From: a virus
Direction: 5' to 3' (one strand)
IMG/VR virus record: IMGVR_UViG_3300011563_000001
Location: 1 to 44,214 of that record
DNA length: 44,214 nucleotides
Positions within the stretch are counted from its first letter, which is position 1. Every line of letters starts with the position of its first letter. Below the pieces are notes generated by a model. The model did not search any database and was not told the origin of the DNA. It saw only the letters and a list, made by a program, of their open reading frames with translations. The translations under genes were made by a program, and so were the position numbers. Below are positions 6,889 to 15,820 of the stretch, in pieces.

Positions 6889-8119
6889 TAGTGAAGATTT
6901 ATTAATTGCTACTCTTTTGCAGTATCCAGAATTATTTGAAAATCTTATGTTGAGTGTTGATATGTTTGAAGTACCAGACTATCAAAAAGTTATTCAGTTT
7001 TTCATAGAAGAAGGTAAAGCTGATAAACACGCATTATATGCAAAAGCTAAATCGCATAAAGACAATTTTATAACATCACAAGAAGTCAGAGAATTGCTTA
7101 ATGAAGATTTAGTGAGTAAGTATTTCTTTAATCAATACCAACAAGAAGTGTTAGACGCATATAAGAGTAGAGAATTATTCAAAGCAATGGATATATACAA
7201 AACTGACCCAACTAGAGAAAATCATAAATTCTTACAAGATACAGTCAATGAATTAGAGAAAATCAGCATTAAGCAACCAGATACTAAGAAAGAGATTCTA
7301 AGTGATATATATGAATCAATCATGACTGGCGAAGAAACTTCGATAATTAAAACAGGCTTTAAATCACTAGATGAAACAATAGGTGGTTTTAAACCTAAAC
7401 AGCTAAATATCATAGGGGCGAGGCCTTCAATGGGCAAAACTGCTTTTGCAATAAACCTAGCTGAAAACCTAACAAAACAAAATTGTGAAGTGACATTTGT
7501 ATCTTGCGAGACAGGAGAACGTAACATAACTGAAAGGTTATTAGCATCAATGGCTGGTGTAAATTTATCGAAATTCACATTTGTTAAAGCATTAACGAAT
7601 GAAGATATAGATAAAATCATCACACAAATTGATAGATACAGTGAAATGGATCTAAAAGTTATAGACCAAGCAAAAGTTAAACCGTCAACAATAAGACGAA
7701 TGATGGCAAATAAAACAGATAAGCAAAAAGTTATTGTCATTGACTACATTCAGTTAATGCGTTCTGACGAAAAAACGAACGATAGACGATTGGAAATAGA
7801 AAGCATTTCAAGAGATTTGAAGATATTAGCAAAAGAAACTAACGCAGTAATCATTATATTGGCACAAGTTAAGCGTGAAGTAGAACAAAGACAAGATAAG
7901 CGACCAATGATGAGTGACTTAAAAGAAGCAGGCGGTTTAGAACAGGATGCAGATATTATTTCGTTTTTATATAGAGACGATTATTACAACCCTCCAGAAG
8001 TTCCAAATACATTCGGTAAGTCAGAAGTTGAATGTATTATCGCAAAGAATAAAGACGGCGCTACAGGAACGGCTAAATTTGACTTCTATAAGAAGATTCA
8101 AAGGTTTATGGATGTTTAA
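6869..8119 (+). CDS. Replicative DNA helicase, DnaB family
   Basis: 416 aa. It has Walker A (GARPSMGKTAF), VIVIDYIQLM and LAQVKREVEQRQDKRPMMSDLKEAGGLEQDADIISFLYRDDYY. An alternative start is the ATG at 6878. Confidence 0.9.
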   Translation: MSNMKRNSEDLLIATLLQYPELFENLMLSVDMFEVPDYQKVIQFFIEEGKADKHALYAKAKSHKDNFITSQEVRELLNEDLVSKYFFNQYQQEVLDAYKSRELFKAMDIYKTDPTRENHKFLQDTVNELEKISIKQPDTKKEILSDIYESIMTGEETSIIKTGFKSLDETIGGFKPKQLNIIGARPSMGKTAFAINLAENLTKQNCEVTFVSCETGERNITERLLASMAGVNLSKFTFVKALTNEDIDKIITQIDRYSEMDLKVIDQAKVKPSTIRRMMANKTDKQKVIVIDYIQLMRSDEKTNDRRLEIESISRDLKILAKETNAVIIILAQVKREVEQRQDKRPMMSDLKEAGGLEQDADIISFLYRDDYYNPPEVPNTFGKSEVECIIAKNKDGATGTAKFDFYKKIQRFMDV

Positions 8120-8300
8120 TATATTGAACGCATTAGAACTCGCTAGAAAGCTATATAAGAACGAAAGAAACCCACTTGTGAAAGGTTACTATTTAAAGTT
8201 TGGCTTAACTATGAAAGAAATGCTCGAGCGACAAGAAATTAATGAATTAGATGATTATGACGAAGTAAAAAATAAAATATATGACGAAATGGAGAAATGA
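8112..8300 (+). CDS. Hypothetical small protein (62 aa)
   Basis: The in-frame ATG at 8112 overlaps the end of the helicase gene. The upstream part of track ORF 7947-8300 lies inside the helicase gene. Confidence 0.5.
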   Translation: MFNILNALELARKLYKNERNPLVKGYYLKFGLTMKEMLERQEINELDDYDEVKNKIYDEMEK

Positions 8301-8303
8301 CAA

Positions 8304-8717
8304 ATGATTAACAGAACAGTATTAGTAGGTAGATTAACGAAAGACCCTGAATACAGAGTAACGCCAGCAGGAGTTCAAGTAGCAAACTTCACACTAGCAG
8401 CAAACAGAACATTTAAAAATGCAAAAGGCGAACAAGAAGCAGACTTCATCAATTGTGTTGTATTCAGAAAGCCAGCAGAAAATGTCAATAATTACTTAAA
8501 AAAAGGCAACCTTGCAGGAGTTGAAGGCAGACTTCAATCAAGAAGCTATGAGAACAATGAAGGTAAACGAGTATATGTAACAGAAGTTGTATGTGACAGT
8601 GTTCAATTTTTAGAGCCTAAAGGTAGCAATCAAGGACAATCAGCGCCAAAACAACAAGCTAATGATCCATTCGCTAATGCTGGTACAGATGTAGATGATT
8701 CCACGTTGCCTTTCTAG
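8304..8717 (+). CDS. ssb: Single-stranded DNA-binding protein
   Basis: It has the OB-fold motifs [16 protein letters not shown] and [11 protein letters not shown], plus the acidic C-terminal tip DDSTLPF. Confidence 0.95.
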   Translation: MINRTVLVGRLTKDPEYRVTPAGVQVANFTLAANRTFKNAKGEQEADFINCVVFRKPAENVNNYLKKGNLAGVEGRLQSRSYENNEGKRVYVTEVVCDSVQFLEPKGSNQGQSAPKQQANDPFANAGTDVDDSTLPF

Positions 8718-8728
8718 GAGTGGTGTAA

Positions 8729-9391
8729 ATGTCAAAAGTGACAAGATACAAACAAAGTAACGGACGTTATTCAGTAGTGGTAGAAAATGTTGATCTAACA
8801 GATGACGCTTTACTGCTACTAGATAACGGTTATCCGTTAGATGTAAATGTAGAGATACAAGACGGAAAAAGAATAACGGTCAAGCAACGTAAAAAGGTAT
8901 TTGCACTTGTAAATGATATAGAGGCACATACTGGCCAACCTCGTGACTGGTTAAGGGAAATGTTCCAAGATTACGTAACGTTTCTAAATGGGTACTCTAA
9001 ACGCCTCTCATTGAGTGACTGCACACGTAAGCAAGCTGGAGAATTAATTGATGTGATATTGGAATGGGTGTTTGTAAATGACATACCACTGAATTATAAG
9101 ACAAGCGACTTGATGAAACAGGACCAGACATTCTTATATCTCGCAACAGTGCATAGAAAGTGTGTAATTTGTGGGAAACACGGAGAAATAGCTCATCATA
9201 AAGCAATTGGCAGAGGTGCAAATCGAAAGAAAATGGATCATTACGGTTATGAAGTTCTAGCTTTATGCAGAGAACATCACCAATCACAACATAACATGGG
9301 TGTGGAAAGTTTTGATAAATTGCATCATCTCGAAAACTCATGGGTTCCAGTGAATAAGCGTTTAAATGACATGTTAAAGGGGCGTAGTTAG
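8729..9391 (+). CDS. DUF968-like phage protein with a Cys/His (HNH-like) metal motif
   Basis: 220 aa. The motif is CVICGKHGEIAHHKAIGRG...LCREHHQSQHNMG. Confidence 0.55.
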   Translation: MSKVTRYKQSNGRYSVVVENVDLTDDALLLLDNGYPLDVNVEIQDGKRITVKQRKKVFALVNDIEAHTGQPRDWLREMFQDYVTFLNGYSKRLSLSDCTRKQAGELIDVILEWVFVNDIPLNYKTSDLMKQDQTFLYLATVHRKCVICGKHGEIAHHKAIGRGANRKKMDHYGYEVLALCREHHQSQHNMGVESFDKLHHLENSWVPVNKRLNDMLKGRS

Positions 9392-9970
9392 ATGAAAGAA
9401 ATTTGGAAAGATGTACCAGAATATGAAGGGTATTACCAAGTGAGTAATTTAGGAAACGTCAGAAGTGTAGAACGTGTTGTCAAATACAGAGATGGCAGAA
9501 CATTTAAATATCCTAGTAAGCAATTAAAACAAACGAAAGACACAAGAGGTTATTCACAAGTTGGGTTTAATATGAAAGGCAGACAAACCACTCACAGAAC
9601 TCACAGATTAGTCGCAGAAACGTTTTTGGTTAAACCCAAAATCAAACTTATATCTGTAAATCACATTGATGGTGTTAAATCTAATAATCAATTAGATAAC
9701 TTAGAATGGGTAACTTATTCAGAAAATACAAAAAAAGGTTACGAAATCGGTTTATTTGAAAAATCTAGAGAGGCTACCAAAGAAAGATTGAAGAACAACA
9801 CATACCGATGTAAAAGTGTGGAAGTAACTTTTAAAGACACAGGGGTAACTAAAAAATTCAAATCAGCTAGGGAAGCATCTAGACATATAAATCGTTGTCA
9901 AAATTACTTCACGCAACTATTGAGAGTTGGTGGAGTAAATAAATGTTACAAAGTTAGATTTGTTGACTAA
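9392..9970 (+). CDS. Free-standing HNH homing endonuclease (NUMOD4 + HNH_3)
   Basis: The NUMOD4 motif is WKDVPEYEGYYQVSNLGNVRSV. The HNH motif is VNHIDGVKSNNQLDNLEWVTYSEN. Its start abuts the upstream stop (TAGATG). Confidence 0.85.
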   Translation: MKEIWKDVPEYEGYYQVSNLGNVRSVERVVKYRDGRTFKYPSKQLKQTKDTRGYSQVGFNMKGRQTTHRTHRLVAETFLVKPKIKLISVNHIDGVKSNNQLDNLEWVTYSENTKKGYEIGLFEKSREATKERLKNNTYRCKSVEVTFKDTGVTKKFKSAREASRHINRCQNYFTQLLRVGGVNKCYKVRFVD

Positions 9971-9985
9971 ACAAAATGTTAAAGG

Positions 9986-10399
9986 GTGGAAAACTTGAGT
10001 AAATATAACGCTAAGAAAGTTGAATATAAAGGAATAACGTTTGATAGCACAGTTGAATGTGAGTTTTACAAATTCCTGGAGAAACAAATCAATGTAGGTA
10101 AGTTCGACCACATAGAGATACAACCAAGATATGAATTGATACCGAAAATAGATAAACAACGTAAAACAGAATATATAGCAGACTTTGCATTATGGAAGAA
10201 CAACGAGTTAATCGAAGTTATAGACGTTAAAGGAATGGCAACGGAAACTGCGAAGTTGAAAACTAAGTTATTCAGATACAAATATCCAGAAGTACAGCTT
10301 ACATGGATATGCAAAGCACCTAAATATACAGGCAAAGACTGGATAGAATATGACGAGTTGAAAAAGGTAAGGCGAGAACGTAAGAAAGCTAAGGAGTGA
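9986..10399 (+). CDS. DUF1064-like protein (putative endonuclease/resolvase-type fold)
   Basis: 137 aa. The N-terminus SKYNAKKVEYKGITFDSTVECEFY is typical of this staphylococcal phage family. An alternative start is the TTG at 9995. Confidence 0.55.
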   Translation: MENLSKYNAKKVEYKGITFDSTVECEFYKFLEKQINVGKFDHIEIQPRYELIPKIDKQRKTEYIADFALWKNNELIEVIDVKGMATETAKLKTKLFRYKYPEVQLTWICKAPKYTGKDWIEYDELKKVRRERKKAKE

Positions 10400-10403
10400 T
10401 CGA

Positions 10404-10598
10404 ATGAAAGTAGTAGTCAAAGCAAAATACATCACTTACGCAACGGTTGAATTAGACACTTTAGATGTAGATGAGGCGAATATGAAATTAGATGCATTAG
10501 CAAAATGTTGTCCGACTGAATTTTTAGACACACACAGAATTGAGTTAGACGATTACGAACTATATGAAATTGTGGAGGGACATAGATATGTACGGTAG
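10404..10598 (+). CDS. Hypothetical protein
   Basis: 64-aa ORF with RBS AAGGAG. Confidence 0.65.
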   Translation: MKVVVKAKYITYATVELDTLDVDEANMKLDALAKCCPTEFLDTHRIELDDYELYEIVEGHRYVR

Positions 10599-10740
10599 AA
10601 AAGCGCATTACGCACCAATCATTGATTGGACCGAGAAAAAGGTTAAGAAGGTTAAATATAAGAAAGCAGAGAATAAGCCAGTAAAGAGAGATATATATTA
10701 CAACATATTATTTTATGAGTATTTTAAGGGGTGGGAGTAA
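10588..10740 (+). CDS. Small basic protein (50 aa), not in the ORF track
   Basis: The ATG at 10588 follows GGAGGG. Its stop overlaps the next gene's ATG (TAATG). Confidence 0.45.
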   Translation: MYGRKAHYAPIIDWTEKKVKKVKYKKAENKPVKRDIYYNILFYEYFKGWE

Positions 10741-11168
10741 TGGTTAGATATGTTAATAATTCAGGGGCTATTAATACGATATTCGAGTTATACATGAAAT
10801 TAAGAGAAAAAGAGAGAACTCAAGAAGAAGAAAATGTATTCAATTTCATCAAAGATGCACATGAAGAACAATTTAAAAATAGTGTAGTTTACTTTTACAA
10901 AATGAATGAGAAAAGAGCAGCAGTGAAATTCGATACATTCAATAGCAGATGTTATAACAGTTGGGATAAAGAAAAAGCATTGACCACTAAGATTAAACAA
11001 AAACAAAAACCATCTAAAACAAAACGAGAAAAAATACAACGTAAAGAAACTGAACAAGACATCATCAGATTTGTAGAAAATGGGTTAGTGCTAAGTCGTA
11101 GACAACTGAAGTATATCGAGAATAACCCAGTGTTCGCTGAGAAATTGAAGAAAGAAGGTATATGCTAA
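10740..11168 (+). CDS. Hypothetical protein
   Basis: The ATG at 10740 follows the RBS GGGGTGGGAG. The product is 142 aa. Confidence 0.7.
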   Translation: MVRYVNNSGAINTIFELYMKLREKERTQEEENVFNFIKDAHEEQFKNSVVYFYKMNEKRAAVKFDTFNSRCYNSWDKEKALTTKIKQKQKPSKTKREKIQRKETEQDIIRFVENGLVLSRRQLKYIENNPVFAEKLKKEGIC

Positions 11169-11707
11169 TGGAGTTTAAAGCAGGCGATAGAGTTCATGTT
11201 ACGAAATATCATGGTAAGACAATAGAATTACACGCAACATTGAGAGAATCACCCTTATTTAACTTATTCATAATGGTGGATACATCAATGATAGGATATG
11301 AAGGCTTTACGATTTCAAAGCCAGGAGACTATCGTTTCGGCAAAGATAAAGAAGACTACTACACATTAGCAACAGATGAAGAAGATACAGAGGAACCAGA
11401 AGTAAAGTTTAATGAAGAAGCATGGAGACAAGCAGGGAAAAATGTTAGAAATTTTGTAGATTCCTTAAATAATAAAATTGATAACGACACACACGATGCG
11501 GTAAACAAACCATCACATTATATGCTAGGTGACATTGAAGTGAAGGATATTATCGCAATTGTGGCTGATAAATATCACAAAGGTTCAGTAGCACATAACG
11601 TAGCGAGTGCATTGGAGTATCAGATGAGAGCGCCAGCTAAGAATGGACTAGAGGATATTAAGAAAGCACGTAAATGCTTAGACTTCGCTATTGAGAATTG
11701 GGAGTGA
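11162..11707 (+). CDS. DUF3310-like domain protein
   Basis: The C-terminal region is AVNKPSHYMLGDIEVKDII...ALEYQMRAPAKNGLEDIKKARKCLDF. Confidence 0.55.
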   Translation: MLMEFKAGDRVHVTKYHGKTIELHATLRESPLFNLFIMVDTSMIGYEGFTISKPGDYRFGKDKEDYYTLATDEEDTEEPEVKFNEEAWRQAGKNVRNFVDSLNNKIDNDTHDAVNKPSHYMLGDIEVKDIIAIVADKYHKGSVAHNVASALEYQMRAPAKNGLEDIKKARKCLDFAIENWE

Positions 11708-11711
11708 GTGG

Positions 11712-11942
11712 ATGCGTAGTGAATACTTTAAAAATAAGTATTACCTAATCAAAGGTAATCAACGTATTGCTCACGTTCACATAGTCGACGGAACATATAA
11801 AGTGTGTGGACATTACAAGAAGTTCAAAGAATTTAAACATCGTGTGTTTAATAAAGAAACATTTGAACAATTCAAAGCAGCACATGATTTGAAGTTAGAA
11901 GAAGAATTAGGACTACAACTTGATATATGGGATGTGATTTGA
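11712..11942 (+). CDS. Hypothetical protein
   Basis: The ATG at 11712 follows GGGAGTGAGTGG. The product is 76 aa. Confidence 0.6.
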   Translation: MRSEYFKNKYYLIKGNQRIAHVHIVDGTYKVCGHYKKFKEFKHRVFNKETFEQFKAAHDLKLEEELGLQLDIWDVI

Positions 11943-12118
11943 TGCCAACAATATTAGATGAATTAATCGTAGCGAACAATAATTTAAACAAAAACAAAAC
12001 AGGTAACTTACACATGGATAATATGACAGATTCCTTCGGTAAAGAAGTATTACGTGAAGTGATGAAACAGATTGAGAACGGTGCAAAGTTAGATGATGAA
12101 TATGTGGAGGTAGAGTAG
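11942..12118 (+). CDS. Hypothetical small protein (58 aa)
   Basis: The ATG overlaps the upstream TGA. Confidence 0.55.
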   Translation: MPTILDELIVANNNLNKNKTGNLHMDNMTDSFGKEVLREVMKQIENGAKLDDEYVEVE

Positions 12119-12496
12119 ATGCCAACAATTAAAACAAAGAAAGAAATGAATTTACCAGAGTTGATTGAGTGGGGGTTTGGAAATGATATAAAAAACGCTG
12201 TTTATAATACTAAAAATGGACTTTCAGTAAATTTCTCATTTGATGGAAAAGCAGTTATTGGATATGCCTTTAGCAAAGAAGATACTTTCACAGTAGAAGT
12301 TGAAGAAGAAATCACAGAGGATACAGTTATTCATAAGTTGATTGAATTGAGTGATAAAGGTTTATTAGGTAGAACGATATTAAATATAAACAGTTCGATC
12401 AATCTCGCTAAAACAGACAAATCAGTAGCTTTCTACATCATGAACGATGACTTAACAATGACGTTAATTTGGAAAAATGGGAAGTTGGTAGATTAA
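12119..12496 (+). CDS. Hypothetical protein
   Basis: 125-aa ORF whose start abuts the upstream stop (TAGATG). Confidence 0.7.
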   Translation: MPTIKTKKEMNLPELIEWGFGNDIKNAVYNTKNGLSVNFSFDGKAVIGYAFSKEDTFTVEVEEEITEDTVIHKLIELSDKGLLGRTILNINSSINLAKTDKSVAFYIMNDDLTMTLIWKNGKLVD

Positions 12497-12589
12497 TGAA
12501 AAAAGACATTTCATATCTCATTGCATTTTGGTTCGTATTGAATTTATTAACGTATATATTTCTTAAAAGCCTATAGAGGAGTGGTGTAA

Positions 12590-12961
12590 ATGGAATTAGG
12601 AAAATTAAAAAGTGAAGCCTTAGATATTAGAAACGAACTCGATCAATACAAAACAGCACACAACAAATTAACTGCTGGATTAAAAGAAGCAGTCGCAGAA
12701 AGTATTAAGTATAAGCGTGAACGTGATGAATTAAGTGAAAAACTAGATAAAGAATGTAACTTATCGTTGAATATCGAGGGTCAACTACACGACATGACAA
12801 AACAACGTGACTCGCTCATCAAAGATGTGGAACAACAACGTGAATTACTAAAAGACTTTTCACGATTCATTCACAGAAAAGTTGAAGCGTGTCCAGGTAA
12901 GAAAGAGTATATGGATTTCAGAGATAGACTGAATGAATTAGGTATAGGGGAGCGTGAATAA
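12590..12961 (+). CDS. Hypothetical coiled-coil protein
   Basis: 123 aa with RBS GGAGTGGTG. The sequence is heptad-like and rich in charged residues. Confidence 0.7.
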   Translation: MELGKLKSEALDIRNELDQYKTAHNKLTAGLKEAVAESIKYKRERDELSEKLDKECNLSLNIEGQLHDMTKQRDSLIKDVEQQRELLKDFSRFIHRKVEACPGKKEYMDFRDRLNELGIGERE

Positions 12962-12962
12962 C

Positions 12963-13205
12963 ATGGCGAAAGTGAATTATGAAAAAGCATGGAAAACTTT
13001 AAAAGAAAAGAGAATCCAAGAATATATCAAGTTACACCAAACATGTAACCAAGCAGTAATACCTAATAACCAAATTCATTTATTTTCAATCGCAAACGCA
13101 ATGGTAAGCAAAAAAGACCTAGCTTATATATTGGGCGAAATGGATAGATTGGATGGGACACGTGAATTTAGCAATCTATTACATGACATGGATAGGAGTG
13201 AGTGA
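12963..13205 (+). CDS. Hypothetical protein
   Basis: ATG at 12963, downstream of GGGGAG. Confidence 0.6.
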   Translation: MAKVNYEKAWKTLKEKRIQEYIKLHQTCNQAVIPNNQIHLFSIANAMVSKKDLAYILGEMDRLDGTREFSNLLHDMDRSE

Positions 13206-13206
13206 T

Positions 13207-13446
13207 GTGGCATATGATTATGACGATTTTATTGATGCTATGAGATTTGGTTTAACAATGAGTGATAGAGATACTACTGATGATATTTGGAATATGGTAG
13301 ATGAAGTTGTAAATAAAGCAAAAGCTTGGGATAAATACCTCGAGAGTACTGTTAGACAAGGTGCAATAGATGAATTTGGGGAAGGCAATCCAAGAGTTGA
13401 TTACGCAGTAGAACTTACTGAAAGATTATATAGGGAGGATAGATAA
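13207..13446 (+). CDS. Hypothetical acidic protein
   Basis: The GTG at 13207 lies 8 nt after AGGAG. The upstream part of the track ORF overlaps the previous gene. Confidence 0.55.
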   Translation: MAYDYDDFIDAMRFGLTMSDRDTTDDIWNMVDEVVNKAKAWDKYLESTVRQGAIDEFGEGNPRVDYAVELTERLYREDR

Positions 13447-13641
13447 ATGGAATATGAAATTGAAATAAAAGTTGGTCAAAGAGTATATCTTGAAAATGCA
13501 GACGGACAAAAATGTAAGGCAACAGTAATAAATGTTAATTACTATAGAGAACCTAGCATGACTGTAGCTTTAAATGTTGCTGGTGTACCAGATGTTGTGT
13601 TTGCAAGTTTAGAAAATATTAGAATTTTGGAGGACGAATAA
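13447..13641 (+). CDS. Hypothetical protein
   Basis: 64-aa ORF with a TAAATG junction to the upstream gene. Confidence 0.65.
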   Translation: MEYEIEIKVGQRVYLENADGQKCKATVINVNYYREPSMTVALNVAGVPDVVFASLENIRILEDE

Positions 13642-13642
13642 C

Positions 13643-14158
13643 GTGAACAACCTAAACATCAAATTACTATCAGATAACGCAACAACACCAACTAGGGCAT
13701 ATGGTGTGAGTGCTGGACTAGATATATACGCAGCAGAAACAGTAGTTATTGAGCCACAAGAGAAGATATTACTTGCTACGGATATAGCAGTAGACATTCC
13801 AGAAGGTTATGTAGGCTTATTAACTAGCAGAAGTGGTGTAAGTAGCAAGACGCATTTAGTCGTTGAAACAGGCAAGATAGATGCTGGATATAACGGACAT
13901 ATGAAAGTGAATATTAAGAATGATAGTCAAAGGAATGTAGCAACTGGTCATTTTGGTTTTGGAGATTATTTAAATGTTAAAGGCGAAAAAATTACTGATA
14001 CTAATAGCACTATAGGAGAAACATACAAAATCAACAAAGGCGACAAAATAGCACAATTAGTTATCGTACCAATCGTTACACCAGAAGTAAATGTTGTAGA
14101 GGAGTTTGACAGTGAAAGCGAAAGAGGAACAAACGGTTTTGGATCAAGTGGATTCTAA
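13643..14158 (+). CDS. dut: Trimeric dUTPase with an extra variable insert
   Basis: The motifs are AGLDIYA, SRSG, GKIDAGYNG, GDKIAQLVI and ERGTNGFGSSG. A roughly 38-aa insert lies between motifs III and IV. Confidence 0.92.
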   Translation: MNNLNIKLLSDNATTPTRAYGVSAGLDIYAAETVVIEPQEKILLATDIAVDIPEGYVGLLTSRSGVSSKTHLVVETGKIDAGYNGHMKVNIKNDSQRNVATGHFGFGDYLNVKGEKITDTNSTIGETYKINKGDKIAQLVIVPIVTPEVNVVEEFDSESERGTNGFGSSGF

Positions 14159-14228
14159 ACGTGTCGAAATCGACGGGGTTAAAAATAAAGATATCGTAGA
14201 ACGAGTAAAGGAAGTGTTGGGAAGATGA
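14112..14228 (+). CDS. Possible 38-aa ORF overlapping the dut 3' end
   Basis: The GTG at 14112 lies 8 nt after AGGAG, and the ORF ends in an ATGA overlap with the next gene. Confidence 0.3.
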   Translation: MKAKEEQTVLDQVDSKRVEIDGVKNKDIVERVKEVLGR

Positions 14229-14437
14229 GAGAATACGAAGTAATTAATTATCACATGGAACAATATCGAAAACTTATAGAACAAATGAAGTTATATGAAG
14301 TATGGAAATTGAATAATCCTGATGAATATAAATGGAATTATAAAGGGAAACTTCCTACTCAAGCAGAGATGAAAAGAACAAGATTGATATTAAAAAAATT
14401 GATGTTAGATGTGGAACGTAATATCCACACTTACTAG
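14225..14437 (+). CDS. Hypothetical protein
   Basis: 70-aa ORF. Confidence 0.65.
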   Translation: MREYEVINYHMEQYRKLIEQMKLYEVWKLNNPDEYKWNYKGKLPTQAEMKRTRLILKKLMLDVERNIHTY

Positions 14438-14451
14438 GGGAGGACTAACTT

Positions 14452-14604
14452 ATGGGAGAAATAACTGAAATGATTATGGACGGTACACTATGTAATGTAT
14501 GTGGAAGCTTAATGGAGGATTTAATACCAGAATACGGAAATGAATTAAAGCAACCGCCAGGATATTCAAGAACTTGTGAAGATTGTCAAGAATGGGAGGA
14601 CTAA
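14452..14604 (+). CDS. Small zinc-ribbon-like protein (50 aa), not in the ORF track
   Basis: The RBS is GGGGAGG. The sequence carries CNVCG ... CEDC cysteine pairs. Confidence 0.55.
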   Translation: MGEITEMIMDGTLCNVCGSLMEDLIPEYGNELKQPPGYSRTCEDCQEWED

Positions 14605-14607
14605 CAT

Positions 14608-14808
14608 ATGAAACTAACATTAATCACATTAACAATATCACTTATAGCACTATACGCATTCATCAAACGATCATATAAGTATGCGAGTGTGCAGGATAGT
14701 ATAGACGTCGAAAGTTACGCAAGTGATATGTCAGCACCTATCGATTATGAAGAAACACAAGCCTATAAAGATAACGAGCCGTGGTTCACTGGAATGGGGA
14801 GATGCTGA
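14608..14808 (+). CDS. Small membrane protein
   Basis: 66 aa with the N-terminal TM segment LTLITLTISLIALYAFI. Confidence 0.65.
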   Translation: MKLTLITLTISLIALYAFIKRSYKYASVQDSIDVESYASDMSAPIDYEETQAYKDNEPWFTGMGRC

Positions 14809-14958
14809 ATGGAAACAGATAAGCACATACAAATGTTAGAAATGTTCAATAATGTAACGATAGAAAAGTATGTAACACACGAAGATCATGTAGAACTTAT
14901 AGTAATTGATAAATATGGCAACGAAGCAGAAGTTAAGTTTCGCCCAAGTGAGGATTAA
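14809..14958 (+). CDS. Small protein (49 aa), not in the ORF track
   Basis: The ATG immediately follows the upstream TGA. Confidence 0.45.
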   Translation: METDKHIQMLEMFNNVTIEKYVTHEDHVELIVIDKYGNEAEVKFRPSED

Positions 14959-14973
14959 GAGGGGGCATATTTA

Positions 14974-15198
14974 ATGGAATTAACAATAGCTTATATAGTA
15001 GCAATGATGATTGTTTCGATAATTTTTTATGATATCAAATTCATAAATAGAGAAATAAAAATAATATTAATATTTATAGGAATGCCAATTATATTTGCGA
15101 TAGGTGAGAAGTTAGATAATTATGCACCAGTTGCGTTAGTTTTATCTTTTGTAATTGCTCAGTTTGTTGATTTAAAGAAAGAAGTGAGTAAGGAATGA
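14974..15198 (+). CDS. Small membrane protein (2-3 TM)
   Basis: 74 aa, hydrophobic throughout. Confidence 0.65.
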   Translation: MELTIAYIVAMMIVSIIFYDIKFINREIKIILIFIGMPIIFAIGEKLDNYAPVALVLSFVIAQFVDLKKEVSKE

Positions 15199-15266
15199 CA
15201 TTCGGATTAATACTATTCGCAGTTATAGTCATTGCGTTAGTGATAAATGCAGTTAAGGAGGACTGA
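15195..15266 (+). CDS. Possible 23-aa single-TM peptide
   Basis: It has an ATGA overlap with the upstream gene. The translation is MTFGLILFAVIVIALVINAVKED. Confidence 0.3.
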   Translation: MTFGLILFAVIVIALVINAVKED

Positions 15267-15269
15267 TTG

Positions 15270-15728
15270 ATGTACACACAAGAAGATATTAAAGAAGTGC
15301 TAAATGATTATTCGTGGATGCTAAACGCTGTAGAGTCCAAAATATTAGCATCAGATAGCACAGGTACTGCTCAATATGGTATAGAAGCTAGTATGCCTAA
15401 AGCACAAGGTCAGACGAGTGATAAAGTGAGTAGTATTGTATTAAAGACTATTACACAAGATAGATTTACAATTAAGTGTGCTGAGAAAGTCCAGTTCATA
15501 GATAATAATGAACATCATATTACTAAAGCTAAAGATGTATATATCCTAAAGTTGCTTAAAAGAGGATACAGCTATACGAAGATTGGTTTACTTGTAGGAT
15601 TGCATAAATCACAGGTAGCTAATAGAGTCGATGTGATATGTGGGATATTATCAGAGATATCTAAACAGTCGACGAACTCGACGAATTCTACAAAGATGCA
15701 GAGGGATAGGGAAAAGAATTATAATTAG
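15270..15728 (+). CDS. Late-gene transcriptional activator (functional analogue of the RinA/ArpU/Ltr class)
   Basis: It is the last gene before terS. The C-terminal HTH resembles sigma region 4 (GYSYTKIGLLVGLHKSQVANRV). The ATG lies 8 nt after AAGGAGG. Confidence 0.5.
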   Translation: MYTQEDIKEVLNDYSWMLNAVESKILASDSTGTAQYGIEASMPKAQGQTSDKVSSIVLKTITQDRFTIKCAEKVQFIDNNEHHITKAKDVYILKLLKRGYSYTKIGLLVGLHKSQVANRVDVICGILSEISKQSTNSTNSTKMQRDREKNYN

Positions 15729-15789
15729 GTTAGTCAATGACTCCATTTCTTTGGGGCATGATTCCTCCCTCTAATATTTATATACAGAG

Positions 15790-15820
15790 CCATCTAGCAA
15801 ATGCTAGGTGGTTATTTTTA
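15790..15820 (+). terminator. Rho-independent terminator between the early and late operons
   Basis: The stem is CCATCTAGC / GCTAGGTGG (one G-U pair) with loop AAAT, followed by TTATTTTTA. Confidence 0.6.
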
